Notes under the pieces: model-generated
What the model was told of the DNA's origin: nothing
The model's input: the letters and a program-made list of their open reading frames with translations, nothing else
Database searches by the model: none
Source: Gaiellales bacterium
GTDB lineage: Bacteria; Actinomycetota; Thermoleophilia; Gaiellales; JAICJC01
NCBI GenBank assembly: GCA_035456145.1
Contig: DATIDU010000104.1
Coordinates: 1-42,733, forward strand
DNA length: 42,733 bases
Direction: 5' to 3'
Shown: positions 16,708 through 25,184 of the stretch, in pieces
Layout of the letters: each line of letters starts with the position of its first letter
Position numbering within the stretch: the first letter of the stretch is position 1
Made by a program: the position numbers and the translations under genes

Positions 16708-17684
16708 CCGCCCCTCGCCTTCAGGGCGGCCACGATCGCCGGCACGACCTCGTGCAGGTCGCCGATCACGGCGTAGTCGGCGTTCGCGATCATCGGAGCG
16801 TCGGGGTCGGTGTTGATGGCGAGGATGCGCTTGGCACCCTTGCAGCCGGCCATGTGCTGGGTGGCGCCGCTGATCCCGCACGGGATGTAGATCTCGGGAG
16901 CGATCTTGGTGCCGGTCTGGCCGACCTGGTCGGTGTGCGGGCGCCAGCCGGCGATCGTGACCGCCCGCGAGCAGCCGACCGCGCCGCCCAGGAGCCCCGC
17001 CAGCTCCTCGATGGCCGCGAACCCCTCGGCCGAGCCCGCGCCGCGGCCGCCGCTCACGACCACCTTTGCGTCGGCGAGCGAGATCCCGCCGCCGGTGTCG
17101 GTCTGGGCCCGCTCGACGACCCGGGCCGCCAGGTCGGCGTCGGCCAGCTCGGGCGTGAACGCCGCGACCTCGGTCTGGGCCGGCGCCGCTGCCGGCGTCG
17201 CCTCGACCGCGTGCGCGGCGACGGTCAGGAGCTTCGTCGCGCCGTGCAGGCGCGCCTCCTCTAGCAGGCTCCCGCCCCAGCGGACCCGGGTGACCGCAGC
17301 CGGGTCGCCGGGCGCCGCGGAGATGCAGTTGGCGGCGAACGGCAGATCGGCGATCGCCGCCGCGTGCGCCATCACCTCGGCGGCGCGTTCGCTCCCGGGC
17401 CCGACGACGGCGGCCGGCGCGAGCCGGCCGGCCAGCCCGGCGATCGTCCGTCCCCACGCCTGCGGGGCGAACTGCGAAAGGCCGTCGTGCTCGGCCACGT
17501 GGGCCTTCGCGACCCCGAGCTCGCCGAGACCGGCGGCCGCGTCGGCCGCGCCCGGGCCGATCAGGATGGCCTCGAGGCCGACTCCGGCCGCCTCGGCGTA
17601 CCCGCGGGCCAGCGTCGCAGCCTGGCGGGAGAGGTCGTCGGCGGCGGCGCCGTCGTGCTCGACCAGGACGAGGACCGAGCTCAA
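16704..17684 (-). CDS. etfA: Electron transfer flavoprotein alpha subunit
   Basis: 326-aa ORF, FixB/EtfA-like throughout (VLVLVEHDG..; C-terminal FAD-binding part PEIYIPCGISGATQHMAGC). The TTG start overlaps the etfB stop (TTGA). Confidence 0.92.
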   Translation of the reverse strand: MSSVLVLVEHDGAAADDLSRQAATLARGYAEAAGVGLEAILIGPGAADAAAGLGELGVAKAHVAEHDGLSQFAPQAWGRTIAGLAGRLAPAAVVGPGSERAAEVMAHAAAIADLPFAANCISAAPGDPAAVTRVRWGGSLLEEARLHGATKLLTVAAHAVEATPAAAPAQTEVAAFTPELADADLAARVVERAQTDTGGGISLADAKVVVSGGRGAGSAEGFAAIEELAGLLGGAVGCSRAVTIAGWRPHTDQVGQTGTKIAPEIYIPCGISGATQHMAGCKGAKRILAINTDPDAPMIANADYAVIGDLHEVVPAIVAALKARGG

Positions 17685-18451
17685 CCCGCCACTCCGATCC
17701 GCTCCAGGAGCTCGACCACGGCAGGGGCGGCCTCCGGGCCGCGGCCCAGCACCTCGGTCTGCGACCCCTCGTCGGCCGGTACCACGAGCCGCACCTTCTC
17801 GACGCCCTGACTGCCGCGCTCGGGCGTGCGCGCCTCAAGCGGCTTCTTCTTGGCGCGCAGGCGACCCGGGACCGACGGGTAGCGGGGCAGGTTCAGGCCC
17901 TCCTTCACGGTCACGACGGCCGGGAGCGTCACCCGGTAGACGTCGCGACCGCCCGGCACCTCCTGCTCGAGGCGCAGGCCGCCGTCCTCGAGCGCCACCG
18001 CCTTCACGCCCGTCACGCACGGCCGCCCGAGCGCGTGGGCCACCCGGATCCCGACCTGGAAGCCGCCGGCGTCGGCGGACTCGTTGCCGAAGAAGACGAT
18101 GTCGTACTCCGTGCCCGCGGCGCGCTCGGCCTCGATCGCCTCAACGATGGCCCGCGCCGTCGCCTGGCCGTCGAACTCGTCGCCGGCGACCAGGTGGATC
18201 GCCCGGTCGATGCCGAGCGCCATGCAGTCGCGCAGCTGCTCCTCGGCCTCGGCCGGGCCCAGCGCGAGGACGGTCGACGAGCCGCCGTTGGCCTCGATCA
18301 GGCGCACGGCCTCCTCCACTCCGCACTCCTCGTGCGGGCTGATCGTGAAGCCCAGGTGGCGGGTCTCGATCGCCTGCTCGTCGGCGGTGAGGACGATCCG
18401 GCCGCCGGTCATCGGGACGCGCTTCACGCAGCAGAGGATGTTGAGCGCCAC
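17681..18451 (-). CDS. etfB: Electron transfer flavoprotein beta subunit
   Basis: 256-aa ORF, FixA/EtfB-like (NILCCVKRVP.., GNESADAGGFQVG). The GTG start shares one base with the upstream TAG stop (TAGTG). Confidence 0.92.
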   Translation of the reverse strand: MALNILCCVKRVPMTGGRIVLTADEQAIETRHLGFTISPHEECGVEEAVRLIEANGGSSTVLALGPAEAEEQLRDCMALGIDRAIHLVAGDEFDGQATARAIVEAIEAERAAGTEYDIVFFGNESADAGGFQVGIRVAHALGRPCVTGVKAVALEDGGLRLEQEVPGGRDVYRVTLPAVVTVKEGLNLPRYPSVPGRLRAKKKPLEARTPERGSQGVEKVRLVVPADEGSQTEVLGRGPEAAPAVVELLERIGVAG

Positions 18452-20970
18452 TAGGAGCGGATCCTCGTGTTCTCGGGGTCGAAGATCGGGGTCGGCCCGG
18501 CGATGTCGACGGTGACGGGGTAGCGCTCGCCCAGGTAGAGCACCGAGAGCTCGGTGCCCACGACCGCCTGCTCCGGCGGCAGGTAGGCCATGAGGATGTG
18601 CTTTCCGATCGACGGCCCGGCGCCGGCGCTCGTCACGTACGACCGCCGCCCCTTCGCGTCGACGAGTGGCCCACCGGCGCGGGTCTGGATCGGCTCGCGG
18701 CCGAGCATGTAGCGCTTCGCGCCGCTCTGCGACGTGTGGTCATCCACCGTGAGCGTGCACAGGATCGCCGCGGGGTCCTCCTCGCGGTGGCGCATATGCG
18801 CGTCGCGGCCGACGAAGTCCTCGTCCTTCACCTTCGGGCCGGACATGCCCGCCTCGACCACGTTGTACTCGGTCTCGAGCTCGAAGCCGTAGGCCCGGTA
18901 GCACTTCTCGAGCCGGCCGGTGGTGCCGTAGACGCCGATCCCAACGGGCACGACGCCGTGGGCGCGGCCGGCCTCCCAGAGGATGTCCCACAGCCGCGCG
19001 CCCTGCTCCATCGGAACGTACAGCTCCCAGCCCAGGTCGCCGACGTAGGAAATCCGCGAGGCCAGGACGCGCAGCGTGTCGATCTCGATGTCGCGGCACG
19101 ACGCGAACCGGAAGCCCTCATGCGAGACGTCGTCGGAGGTGACCGACGCCAGGACGTCGCGGGCCCGCGGCCCCCACAGGCCGAGCGTCGTCCACCCGGT
19201 GGTGACATCGGAGAGCTGCGCGGTGCCGTCGGCCGGCAGGTGGTCGGTGAACCACTTCTTGTCGGCCGCGCCGTGGGCGCCGCCGGTGACGACGCGGAAG
19301 AGCTCCTCGCCGAGCCGCATGATCGTGAGGTCGGCCTTGAAGCCGCCGCCGGGCGAGAGGATCGGCGTGTAGACGACCCGCCCGATCGGGACATCCATCT
19401 GGCGCACCGACACGCCCTGCACGGCGTGAAGCGCGCCCGGCCCGGCGATATCGAAGATTGCGAACGCGCTCAGGTCGACCATGCCGGCCCGGTCGCGCAT
19501 CGCCAGGTGCTCGGCGTTGATGATGGGCGACCACCAGCGCGAGTCCCACTCCGCCTCCCGGCGCGTCACCCGGTCGCCGTACGCGTCGAGCAGCGCCGAG
19601 TTCGACTCGTACCAGTGCGGTCGCTCCCACCCGGCCGCCTCGAAGAAGACCGCGCCCAGCTCGCGCTCGCGGGCATGGAACGGGGGCAGGCGGACGTCGC
19701 GGTCAGACGCCCACTGCTCCCCGGGGTGGACGACGCCGTAGGTCTTGTTGAAGCCCTCGGCGGCACGCGCGCGCACGTGCGCGCGCGTCTTCTGGTGATC
19801 CCAGAACCGGGCGATGTCGGACGAGTGCAGGTCGATCTCCGACTCGCCGTGGGTCATCCACTCGGCGACGGCGGCGCCGATCCCGGGCCCCTCCTTCACC
19901 CAGACGGCGGCGCACGACCACAGCCCCTTCACCTCGGGCGTCTCGCCGAGGAGCGGCAGGCCGTCGGGCGTCAGCGAGAGCAGGCCGTTGATGGCGTACT
20001 TCACGCCGACGGACTCGTCGCCCACGATCTCGGGCATGAGCTCGAGCGCGTCCTCCATCTGCGGATCGAAGTCGGCCTGCGTGAAGGGCAGCTCGGTCGG
20101 CGACAGCGACGCCTGCTCGATCGAGGGGATCTCGTCGGGGTCGTGCAGGATCGCGCGATGGGCGTAGGAGCCGATCTCCAGGCCCGAGCCGTCCTGGCGC
20201 TCGTACATGTTGGTGTCCATGTCGCGCACGATCGGGTACTCGATGTGCGACTTCGACTCGGCGAAGTGCGGCACCGGCCCGACGTCGATCATCTGGTGGA
20301 CGGCCGGCGTGAGCGGAATCGTGGCGCCCGCCATCCGGGCGATGCGCGGGCTCCAGACGCCGCAGGCGATGACCACGACCTCGGCCTCGATGTCGCCGCG
20401 CGTCGTCCGCACCCGCCGCACCCGGCCGCGCTCGACGTCGATCCCGAGCACCTCGGTGAGCGGCGAGACCGTGAGCGCGCCCGCCTCCTGGGCCCGCTCG
20501 CGCATGATCGTGCCCGCCCGCAGCGAGTCGACCACGCCGACGCCAGGGGAGTAGAAGCCGCCGATGATCACCGACTCGTCGATGAACGGGACGAGCTCCT
20601 TGATCTCGGCCGGCGTCACCATCGACACCGGCTCGACGCCCCACGAGGCGGCCGAGGACATCCGTCGCTGGAGCTCCTGCATCCGCTCCTCCGTGCGTGC
20701 GACCTCGATGCCGCCGCTCTCGGTGAACACGCCCAGGTCCTTGTACTGGCGCACGCTCTCGAGGGTGAGCGCGGTCATTTCCTTGGAGTGGTCGACCGGG
20801 AAGATGAAGTTCGAGGCGTGGCCCGTGGACCCGCCGGGGTTGGGGAACGGCCCCTTGTCGAGCAGCACCAGGTCGCTCCAGCCCTGCCGCCACAGGTGGT
20901 GGGCCATGCTGTTTCCGACAATCCCTGCGCCGATGACGACGGCGCGGGCGCTTCCCGGCAGCGTGCTCAT
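18451..20970 (-). CDS. Dimethylglycine/sarcosine dehydrogenase-like protein (FAD oxidoreductase fused to GcvT-type folate-binding aminomethyltransferase domain)
   Basis: 839-aa ORF. The N-terminus has VVIGAGIVGNS (GxGxxG, DAO family). The C-terminal half is GcvT-like (SYVGDLGWELY..). The architecture matches ~830-aa dimethylglycine oxidase/dehydrogenase enzymes. RBS GAAGGAG lies upstream of ATG 20970. Confidence 0.88.
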   Translation of the reverse strand: MSTLPGSARAVVIGAGIVGNSMAHHLWRQGWSDLVLLDKGPFPNPGGSTGHASNFIFPVDHSKEMTALTLESVRQYKDLGVFTESGGIEVARTEERMQELQRRMSSAASWGVEPVSMVTPAEIKELVPFIDESVIIGGFYSPGVGVVDSLRAGTIMRERAQEAGALTVSPLTEVLGIDVERGRVRRVRTTRGDIEAEVVVIACGVWSPRIARMAGATIPLTPAVHQMIDVGPVPHFAESKSHIEYPIVRDMDTNMYERQDGSGLEIGSYAHRAILHDPDEIPSIEQASLSPTELPFTQADFDPQMEDALELMPEIVGDESVGVKYAINGLLSLTPDGLPLLGETPEVKGLWSCAAVWVKEGPGIGAAVAEWMTHGESEIDLHSSDIARFWDHQKTRAHVRARAAEGFNKTYGVVHPGEQWASDRDVRLPPFHARERELGAVFFEAAGWERPHWYESNSALLDAYGDRVTRREAEWDSRWWSPIINAEHLAMRDRAGMVDLSAFAIFDIAGPGALHAVQGVSVRQMDVPIGRVVYTPILSPGGGFKADLTIMRLGEELFRVVTGGAHGAADKKWFTDHLPADGTAQLSDVTTGWTTLGLWGPRARDVLASVTSDDVSHEGFRFASCRDIEIDTLRVLASRISYVGDLGWELYVPMEQGARLWDILWEAGRAHGVVPVGIGVYGTTGRLEKCYRAYGFELETEYNVVEAGMSGPKVKDEDFVGRDAHMRHREEDPAAILCTLTVDDHTSQSGAKRYMLGREPIQTRAGGPLVDAKGRRSYVTSAGAGPSIGKHILMAYLPPEQAVVGTELSVLYLGERYPVTVDIAGPTPIFDPENTRIRS

Positions 20971-21013
20971 GGGGTCTCCTTCGTTGCCACGGCCTCGCTC
21001 ATCTGGTAGACAA

Positions 21014-21025
21014 CTGATATATCAG
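21014..21025. promoter_or_regulatory. 12-bp perfect palindrome CTGATATATCAG in the divergent promoter region (candidate GntR operator and/or -10 region)
   Basis: It is the only AT-rich island in the 68-bp gap between the dehydrogenase operon (ATG 20970, -) and the GntR gene (ATG 21039, +). TGGTAGACA lies adjacent at 21004-21012. Confidence 0.4.
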
Positions 21026-21038
21026 AGCCTCCCGGCGT

Positions 21039-21698
21039 ATGCAAGAACCTAACCCAGCAACTCCCACACCCGCGAGCGGCCTGCTTTCAGACCGGGCCTA
21101 CGCGGTCCTGCGCGACCGGCTGATCTCGCTTCAGATCCCGTCGGGATCTCCGATCGACGAGGACGCGCTGACGCGCAACCTGGGAGTCGGGCGGACGCCG
21201 GTGCGCGAGGCGGTGCGGCGGCTCGCGCTCGAGGGGCTGGTCGTCGTCTACCCGCGGCGCGGCACGTTCGCGGCGAGCATCGACATCACGAGCCTCTCCG
21301 ACATCACCGACGTGCGCTGCCAGCTCGAGCCGCACGCCGCCGCGCGAGCCGCCGAGCTCGCCGACGCGGACGACCGGCGCGAGGCGGCCGCGCTCATGGC
21401 CGAGCTCGAGCACGCGGCGTCGAGCCAGCGGTCGCTGATCGAGCTCGACGCCCGCGTCCACCGGTTCGTGCACCGCTGCTCGCGCAACCCCTACCTGGCC
21501 CGCGACCTCGACCGCTACCTCAACATGTCGCTTCGGATCTGGCATCTCACCTTCGACCGCCTGCCCCCGCTCGACGACCCGGTCCGCGAGCACCGCGTGT
21601 TGCTCGAGGCGATCAGCCGGGGCGACCCGGAAGCGGCGCGGTCGATCGCGCTCGAGCACGTCCTCGGCTTCGCCCGCGAGATGCGCGCGGCGCTTTAA
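21039..21698 (+). CDS. GntR-family transcriptional regulator, FadR subfamily (FCD C-terminal domain)
   Basis: 219-aa ORF with a winged HTH (LTRNLGVGRTPVREAVRRLALEGLV) followed by an all-helical FCD-like domain. It is divergent from the dehydrogenase-ETF operon and ends in a TAA stop. Confidence 0.9.
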   Translation: MQEPNPATPTPASGLLSDRAYAVLRDRLISLQIPSGSPIDEDALTRNLGVGRTPVREAVRRLALEGLVVVYPRRGTFAASIDITSLSDITDVRCQLEPHAAARAAELADADDRREAAALMAELEHAASSQRSLIELDARVHRFVHRCSRNPYLARDLDRYLNMSLRIWHLTFDRLPPLDDPVREHRVLLEAISRGDPEAARSIALEHVLGFAREMRAAL

Positions 21699-21796
21699 AC
21701 ACGGGGGAACCCAGGGTTCCCCCGTGAGCCCCCTCCTTAAGGGGCTGGCGCGGCGTTGGGAGCGCGACGGCGAAGAACGCGGTCTTCGCCGTCGCC
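21696..21796 (+). repeat. Two-hairpin intergenic repeat element, copy A (second copy at 38810..38908)
   Basis: TAAACACGGGGGAACCCAGGGTTCCCCCGTGAGCCCCCTCCTTAA..GACGGCGAAGAACGCGGTCTTCGCCGTCGCC. Hairpin 1 is at 21700-21726 (13-bp perfect arms). The C-rich core GAGCCCCCTCCTTAA is at 21726-21740. Hairpin 2 is at 21766-21793 (11-13 bp stem). Confidence 0.75.
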
Positions 21797-21824
21797 ACGA
21801 GCGCGTGGTGCCTGTAACCCCGTG

Positions 21825-21852
21825 GGGTCTGGCCCCGGACGGCGCCAGACCC
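21825..21852. terminator. Hairpin 12 nt beyond the stop of the beta-propeller gene
   Basis: GGGTCTGGC (21825-21833) pairs with GCCAGACCC (21844-21852) around a 10-nt loop. There is no U-tract. Confidence 0.4.
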
Positions 21853-21863
21853 GGTGGTACGGC

Positions 21864-23054
21864 CTACTCGGTGAACGCTGCGTAGCCCTGCTGGGCGACG
21901 CCGCCGATCTTGGTGAAGTCGCCACCGGCCGCGATCCTCGTACCGGAGCCGGCCAGGGCGAAGATCCCAAGCGCGCTGTTGGCGTGCGGGTTCCATGACG
22001 TGAGCGCGCCCGTGCCCTCGGCGACCGCGAGCAGCTTGAGCCGCTGAACCGGGTTGGTGCACGTGTGCTGCCCACCCTGCGGCCCGCAGTAGTTCGTGTA
22101 GTGGCCGCCGACGTAGACCTCGCCGTCGAGGACCGCGATGGCCTGCACGTTACCGTCGGTGCCGCCCTGCCAGACGGCCGCTCCGGTCGACGGGTTCAGG
22201 TTGGCGAAGTTGCCGCCGCCGCCGGCACCCGCGACGAAGACGCCGGTTGAGTCGACGGCGAGGTCGACGACGCCGTACGGCAGGTGGTGGGTGAAGGTCG
22301 GCGACGGCGCGCCGGTCGCCGTCGACAGCGCGGCGATGTGGCTCTGGCTCCCGCCGTTGATCGTGGTGAAACCGCCGCCGACGTAGACGAGCCCGCCGCC
22401 CGGCGCCAGGCGCACCGTGGTGACGGTCGGCGTCGTCGAGGAGTTGCCACCCGCCGCCGGCGCCCACGTCGTCGACAGCGCGCCGGTGGATGCGTCGAAG
22501 GCCGCGAGCGATGCGCGAGCGACCCCGTTGGCCGTCGTGAAGGCTCCGCCCGCGTAGACCACGCCGCCGCCGACCGCCAGCGAGTTGACCGCGGCGTCGA
22601 GCTTCGGCTTGAACCCCGAGAGGACGGCGCCGGTTGTGGCGTCGACGGCACCGATCCGCGACCGGGTCGACGTGCCGAGCTTCGAGAACGACCCGCCGAC
22701 GTAGATCGTGTTGCCGGACCCCGCGAGGGCGAACACCGCTGCGCTTGTACCGGGGTTCCACGGGAGGAGCGCTCCGGTCGCCGGGTCGAACGCCGCCAGG
22801 TGGTTGCGCGCGACCTCGCCGGTCCCGGCGGGCGCCCCCGCCGGCCGGACCGACGTGAACTTGCCGCCGAGGTAGACGGTGCCGTTCAGGAAGAGGATCG
22901 CATTCACGCGCCCGTTCGTCTGATACGACGACACGGGCTTCGCCCCGACCACCGCCGCCTGCGCGGGCAGCGCGGACGCGCCTCCCAGGACTCCGAGCGC
23001 CACAGCCGCGCACCCGGCGCGCCGCAGCCGAACGACCGCTCCCCTCATGACCAT
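21864..23054 (-). CDS. Secreted beta-propeller repeat protein
   Basis: 396-aa ORF with an N-terminal signal peptide (..ALGVLGGASALPAQA|AVV). It has about 7 internal repeats of the pattern VYxGGxFTxxxGxxRxxLAAxDxxTGAL..W. ATG 23054 or 23048. Confidence 0.8.
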   Translation of the reverse strand: MVMRGAVVRLRRAGCAAVALGVLGGASALPAQAAVVGAKPVSSYQTNGRVNAILFLNGTVYLGGKFTSVRPAGAPAGTGEVARNHLAAFDPATGALLPWNPGTSAAVFALAGSGNTIYVGGSFSKLGTSTRSRIGAVDATTGAVLSGFKPKLDAAVNSLAVGGGVVYAGGAFTTANGVARASLAAFDASTGALSTTWAPAAGGNSSTTPTVTTVRLAPGGGLVYVGGGFTTINGGSQSHIAALSTATGAPSPTFTHHLPYGVVDLAVDSTGVFVAGAGGGGNFANLNPSTGAAVWQGGTDGNVQAIAVLDGEVYVGGHYTNYCGPQGGQHTCTNPVQRLKLLAVAEGTGALTSWNPHANSALGIFALAGSGTRIAAGGDFTKIGGVAQQGYAAFTE

Positions 23055-23117
23055 GCCCCCGTTATCGCGTGCCTTCCCCCCGACGAGTGTACATGGAGAA
23101 GCCGCGAATGCCGAGAG

Positions 23118-23528
23118 CTACGTGACGGTGGCGACCACCTTGGTGACGTCGGGGGAGCGCCCGACGAAAGGCACCTTCACCACCAGGACGTGTCGCCCGC
23201 CGGTGGTGACGATTGTCTGAAGCTGCCAGGCGGCGACCGCCTTGCACGAGCCGCCGTACGTGCAGACCTTCGCCGAGGCGTTCTGGATGCCGGCGCCGGA
23301 GCGCATGTGGAAGTTCCAGTCCACCTCGCCGACGTGCCCCTTCCCGCAGCGCACGACGACGTCGTGGCGGTGCATGTCGCGCGAGGCCGTACAGCCGACG
23401 GTCTTCGAGTGGAACTCGTCGCCGCGCTCCGTCGTCGTCTTCGCCGCGGCGGCGGACGCGGCGAGGCAGGTCGCGGCCACGCCGGCGGCTGCAGCGGCAA
23501 GCAGAGTGCGACCGGTGATCGACGGCAT
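23118..23528 (-). CDS. Small secreted hypothetical protein (4 Cys)
   Basis: This is the last 136 codons of ORF 23118..23951. ATG 23528 is followed by a signal-peptide-like segment (TLLAAAAAGVAATCLAASAAAA). GC3 is high. I recognise no family. Confidence 0.6.
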   Translation of the reverse strand: MPSITGRTLLAAAAAGVAATCLAASAAAAKTTTERGDEFHSKTVGCTASRDMHRHDVVVRCGKGHVGEVDWNFHMRSGAGIQNASAKVCTYGGSCKAVAAWQLQTIVTTGGRHVLVVKVPFVGRSPDVTKVVATVT

Positions 23529-23553
23529 GTCACACGAGTAGCGGATTGCGCGT

Positions 23554-24558
23554 ATGCCGGCATCCCCCAGAACGGCGAGGCAAATCGCCCCGCAGACTCC
23601 CCCGGTTAGGGGATGCGAGGAGCACCGAGGCAGGGATAGGTTGCAGGCGATGGGCGTCTCCCGGTTGGGGCAACGGACCGACGACATCGTGTGGGACGAG
23701 GGGCACGAGAACGACTTCTTCCGACGCATGCCGTCCGCGCTTTCGCTGGTGCTCGAGGCCACCGACCTCGAGTCGCTGGCCCATGCCACTGCGAAGGGTG
23801 CCGAGGTGCTGTGGGAGTGCGCCGCCGAGGTCGTTCTGCCGTCGGAGGGCGAGCTTCGGCGGAAGATCCAGGCGACGTCGCTGAACGGCAGGCGGAGGCC
23901 CGAGGGGTTCCGCCACGACCGGCGGGCCGCCGCACTGCGGATGCCGCTCATCGCCCACGACGCCCGCCTCGGCGAGCTCGTGCTGCGGCGGGAACGGCCC
24001 CTCGGCCGCCAGGAACACGGCCACGTCCAGTACTACGCCGAACTGTGCGCGCTCGCGGTGCACTCCTGCTTCATGCGCGAGCAGTTCCACCGCGCCGCCG
24101 TGACGGACTCGCTCACCGGCATCGCCAACCGCCACCGCCTGATGGAGGAGCTCGACCATCGGGCCGGTGCGCCGTACCGGCTCCTGATGCTCGACGCGGA
24201 CGGCTTGAAGCAGGTGAACGACTCGCTCGGGTACGAGGACGGCGATCTCCTGATCGTCGCTCTGGCCGATGCGCTCACCTCGGTCCTCGAGGCCGGCGAG
24301 GTGGCGGCCCGGCTCGGCGGCGACGAACTCGTGGCCGTCCTGAACCCCCTGTCGCCGGCCGACGCCTCGGCCCGCGTCCACCGGCTGCGCGTCCTCGTCG
24401 ACGACCTGCCGCTGCCGCGCCGCATCCGCGACATCTGCCAGGGGGCGAGCGTCGGCTGCGTCGCGTCGCGGCCCGGCGAGACGCCGCGTGAGACGCTGCG
24501 GCGGGCGGGCGCCGAGATGCAGCGGCACAAGCGGCGGCGGAAGTCCGACCGGCGGTGA
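23554..24558 (+). CDS. GAF-like sensor + GGDEF-domain protein with degenerate GGDEL motif
   Basis: 334-aa ORF with LTGIANR, DADGLKQVNDSLGY and RLGGDELVAV (F to L). There is no RxxD I-site 5 residues upstream. The start is uncertain (23554 or ATG 23650). Confidence 0.8.
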   Translation: MPASPRTARQIAPQTPPVRGCEEHRGRDRLQAMGVSRLGQRTDDIVWDEGHENDFFRRMPSALSLVLEATDLESLAHATAKGAEVLWECAAEVVLPSEGELRRKIQATSLNGRRRPEGFRHDRRAAALRMPLIAHDARLGELVLRRERPLGRQEHGHVQYYAELCALAVHSCFMREQFHRAAVTDSLTGIANRHRLMEELDHRAGAPYRLLMLDADGLKQVNDSLGYEDGDLLIVALADALTSVLEAGEVAARLGGDELVAVLNPLSPADASARVHRLRVLVDDLPLPRRIRDICQGASVGCVASRPGETPRETLRRAGAEMQRHKRRRKSDRR

Positions 24559-24608
24559 CCGGGCACCACCGCCGCCTGCCGTAGTAGAAGCCCACATGCC
24601 GGATGCGT

Positions 24609-24626
24609 GCCCGCACGGATGCGGGC
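24609..24626 (+). terminator. Small hairpin downstream of the GGDEL gene
   Basis: GCCCGCA, loop CGGA, TGCGGGC (7-bp stem), 50 nt after the stop at 24558. It is weak and has no U-tract. Confidence 0.3.
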
Positions 24627-24671
24627 GGCTCTCTGCCCGGGCATCCTAAGTCCGACGGGAAGGGAGTACGC

Positions 24672-25184
24672 ATGCGGGTGCTCGTCACCGCATCGAGCAA
24701 GCACGGAGCGACCGCCGACATCGCCGACGCGGTCGCCGGCGTGTTCGAGGCCCGCGGTCTCCACGTTACCGTGAGGGCGCCGGAGGATGTCCGCGACGTG
24801 CGCGGGTTCGACGCGTTCGTCGTCGGAAGCGCCGTCTACGCCGGCCGCTGGATGGGCGAGGCGCGCAGGTTCGTCGACCGCCATGCCGAGGCGCTCGCCT
24901 CACACCCCACCTGGCTCTTCTCGAGCGGCCCGATCGGCGACCCGCCGAAGCCTGAGGCCGGGGCGGCGGTCAAGCTGGACGACGTGATGGCCAAGACCGG
25001 CGCCCGCGAGCACCGGCTCTTCCCCGGACGGCTCGACCGCCGCCGGCTGGGCCTGGGCGAACGCACGGTGGTGCGGATGGTGAGAGCGGCGGACGGCGAC
25101 TACCGCGAGTGGAACGACGTCGCGGCATGGGCGGACACGATCAGCGAGGCGCTCCGGGCCGCTGAAGCCGAGGCCGTCCGATGA
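24672..25184 (+). CDS. Flavodoxin-like domain protein (HemG-like family)
   Basis: ATG 24672 follows GAAGGGAG. The sequence MRVLVTASSKHGATADIA..FDAFVVGSAVYAGRWM is typical of long flavodoxin-fold proteins. The stop overlaps the next ATG (ATGA). Confidence 0.8.
   Translation: MRVLVTASSKHGATADIADAVAGVFEARGLHVTVRAPEDVRDVRGFDAFVVGSAVYAGRWMGEARRFVDRHAEALASHPTWLFSSGPIGDPPKPEAGAAVKLDDVMAKTGAREHRLFPGRLDRRRLGLGERTVVRMVRAADGDYREWNDVAAWADTISEALRAAEAEAVR

Noticed and set aside
21726-21745. Strong SD-like TTAAGGAGGGGG on the minus strand of the repeat element as the RBS of a hidden small ORF
   Set aside because: No ATG/GTG/TTG follows at a usable distance on the minus strand in either copy (the next codons read CTC ACG GGG..).
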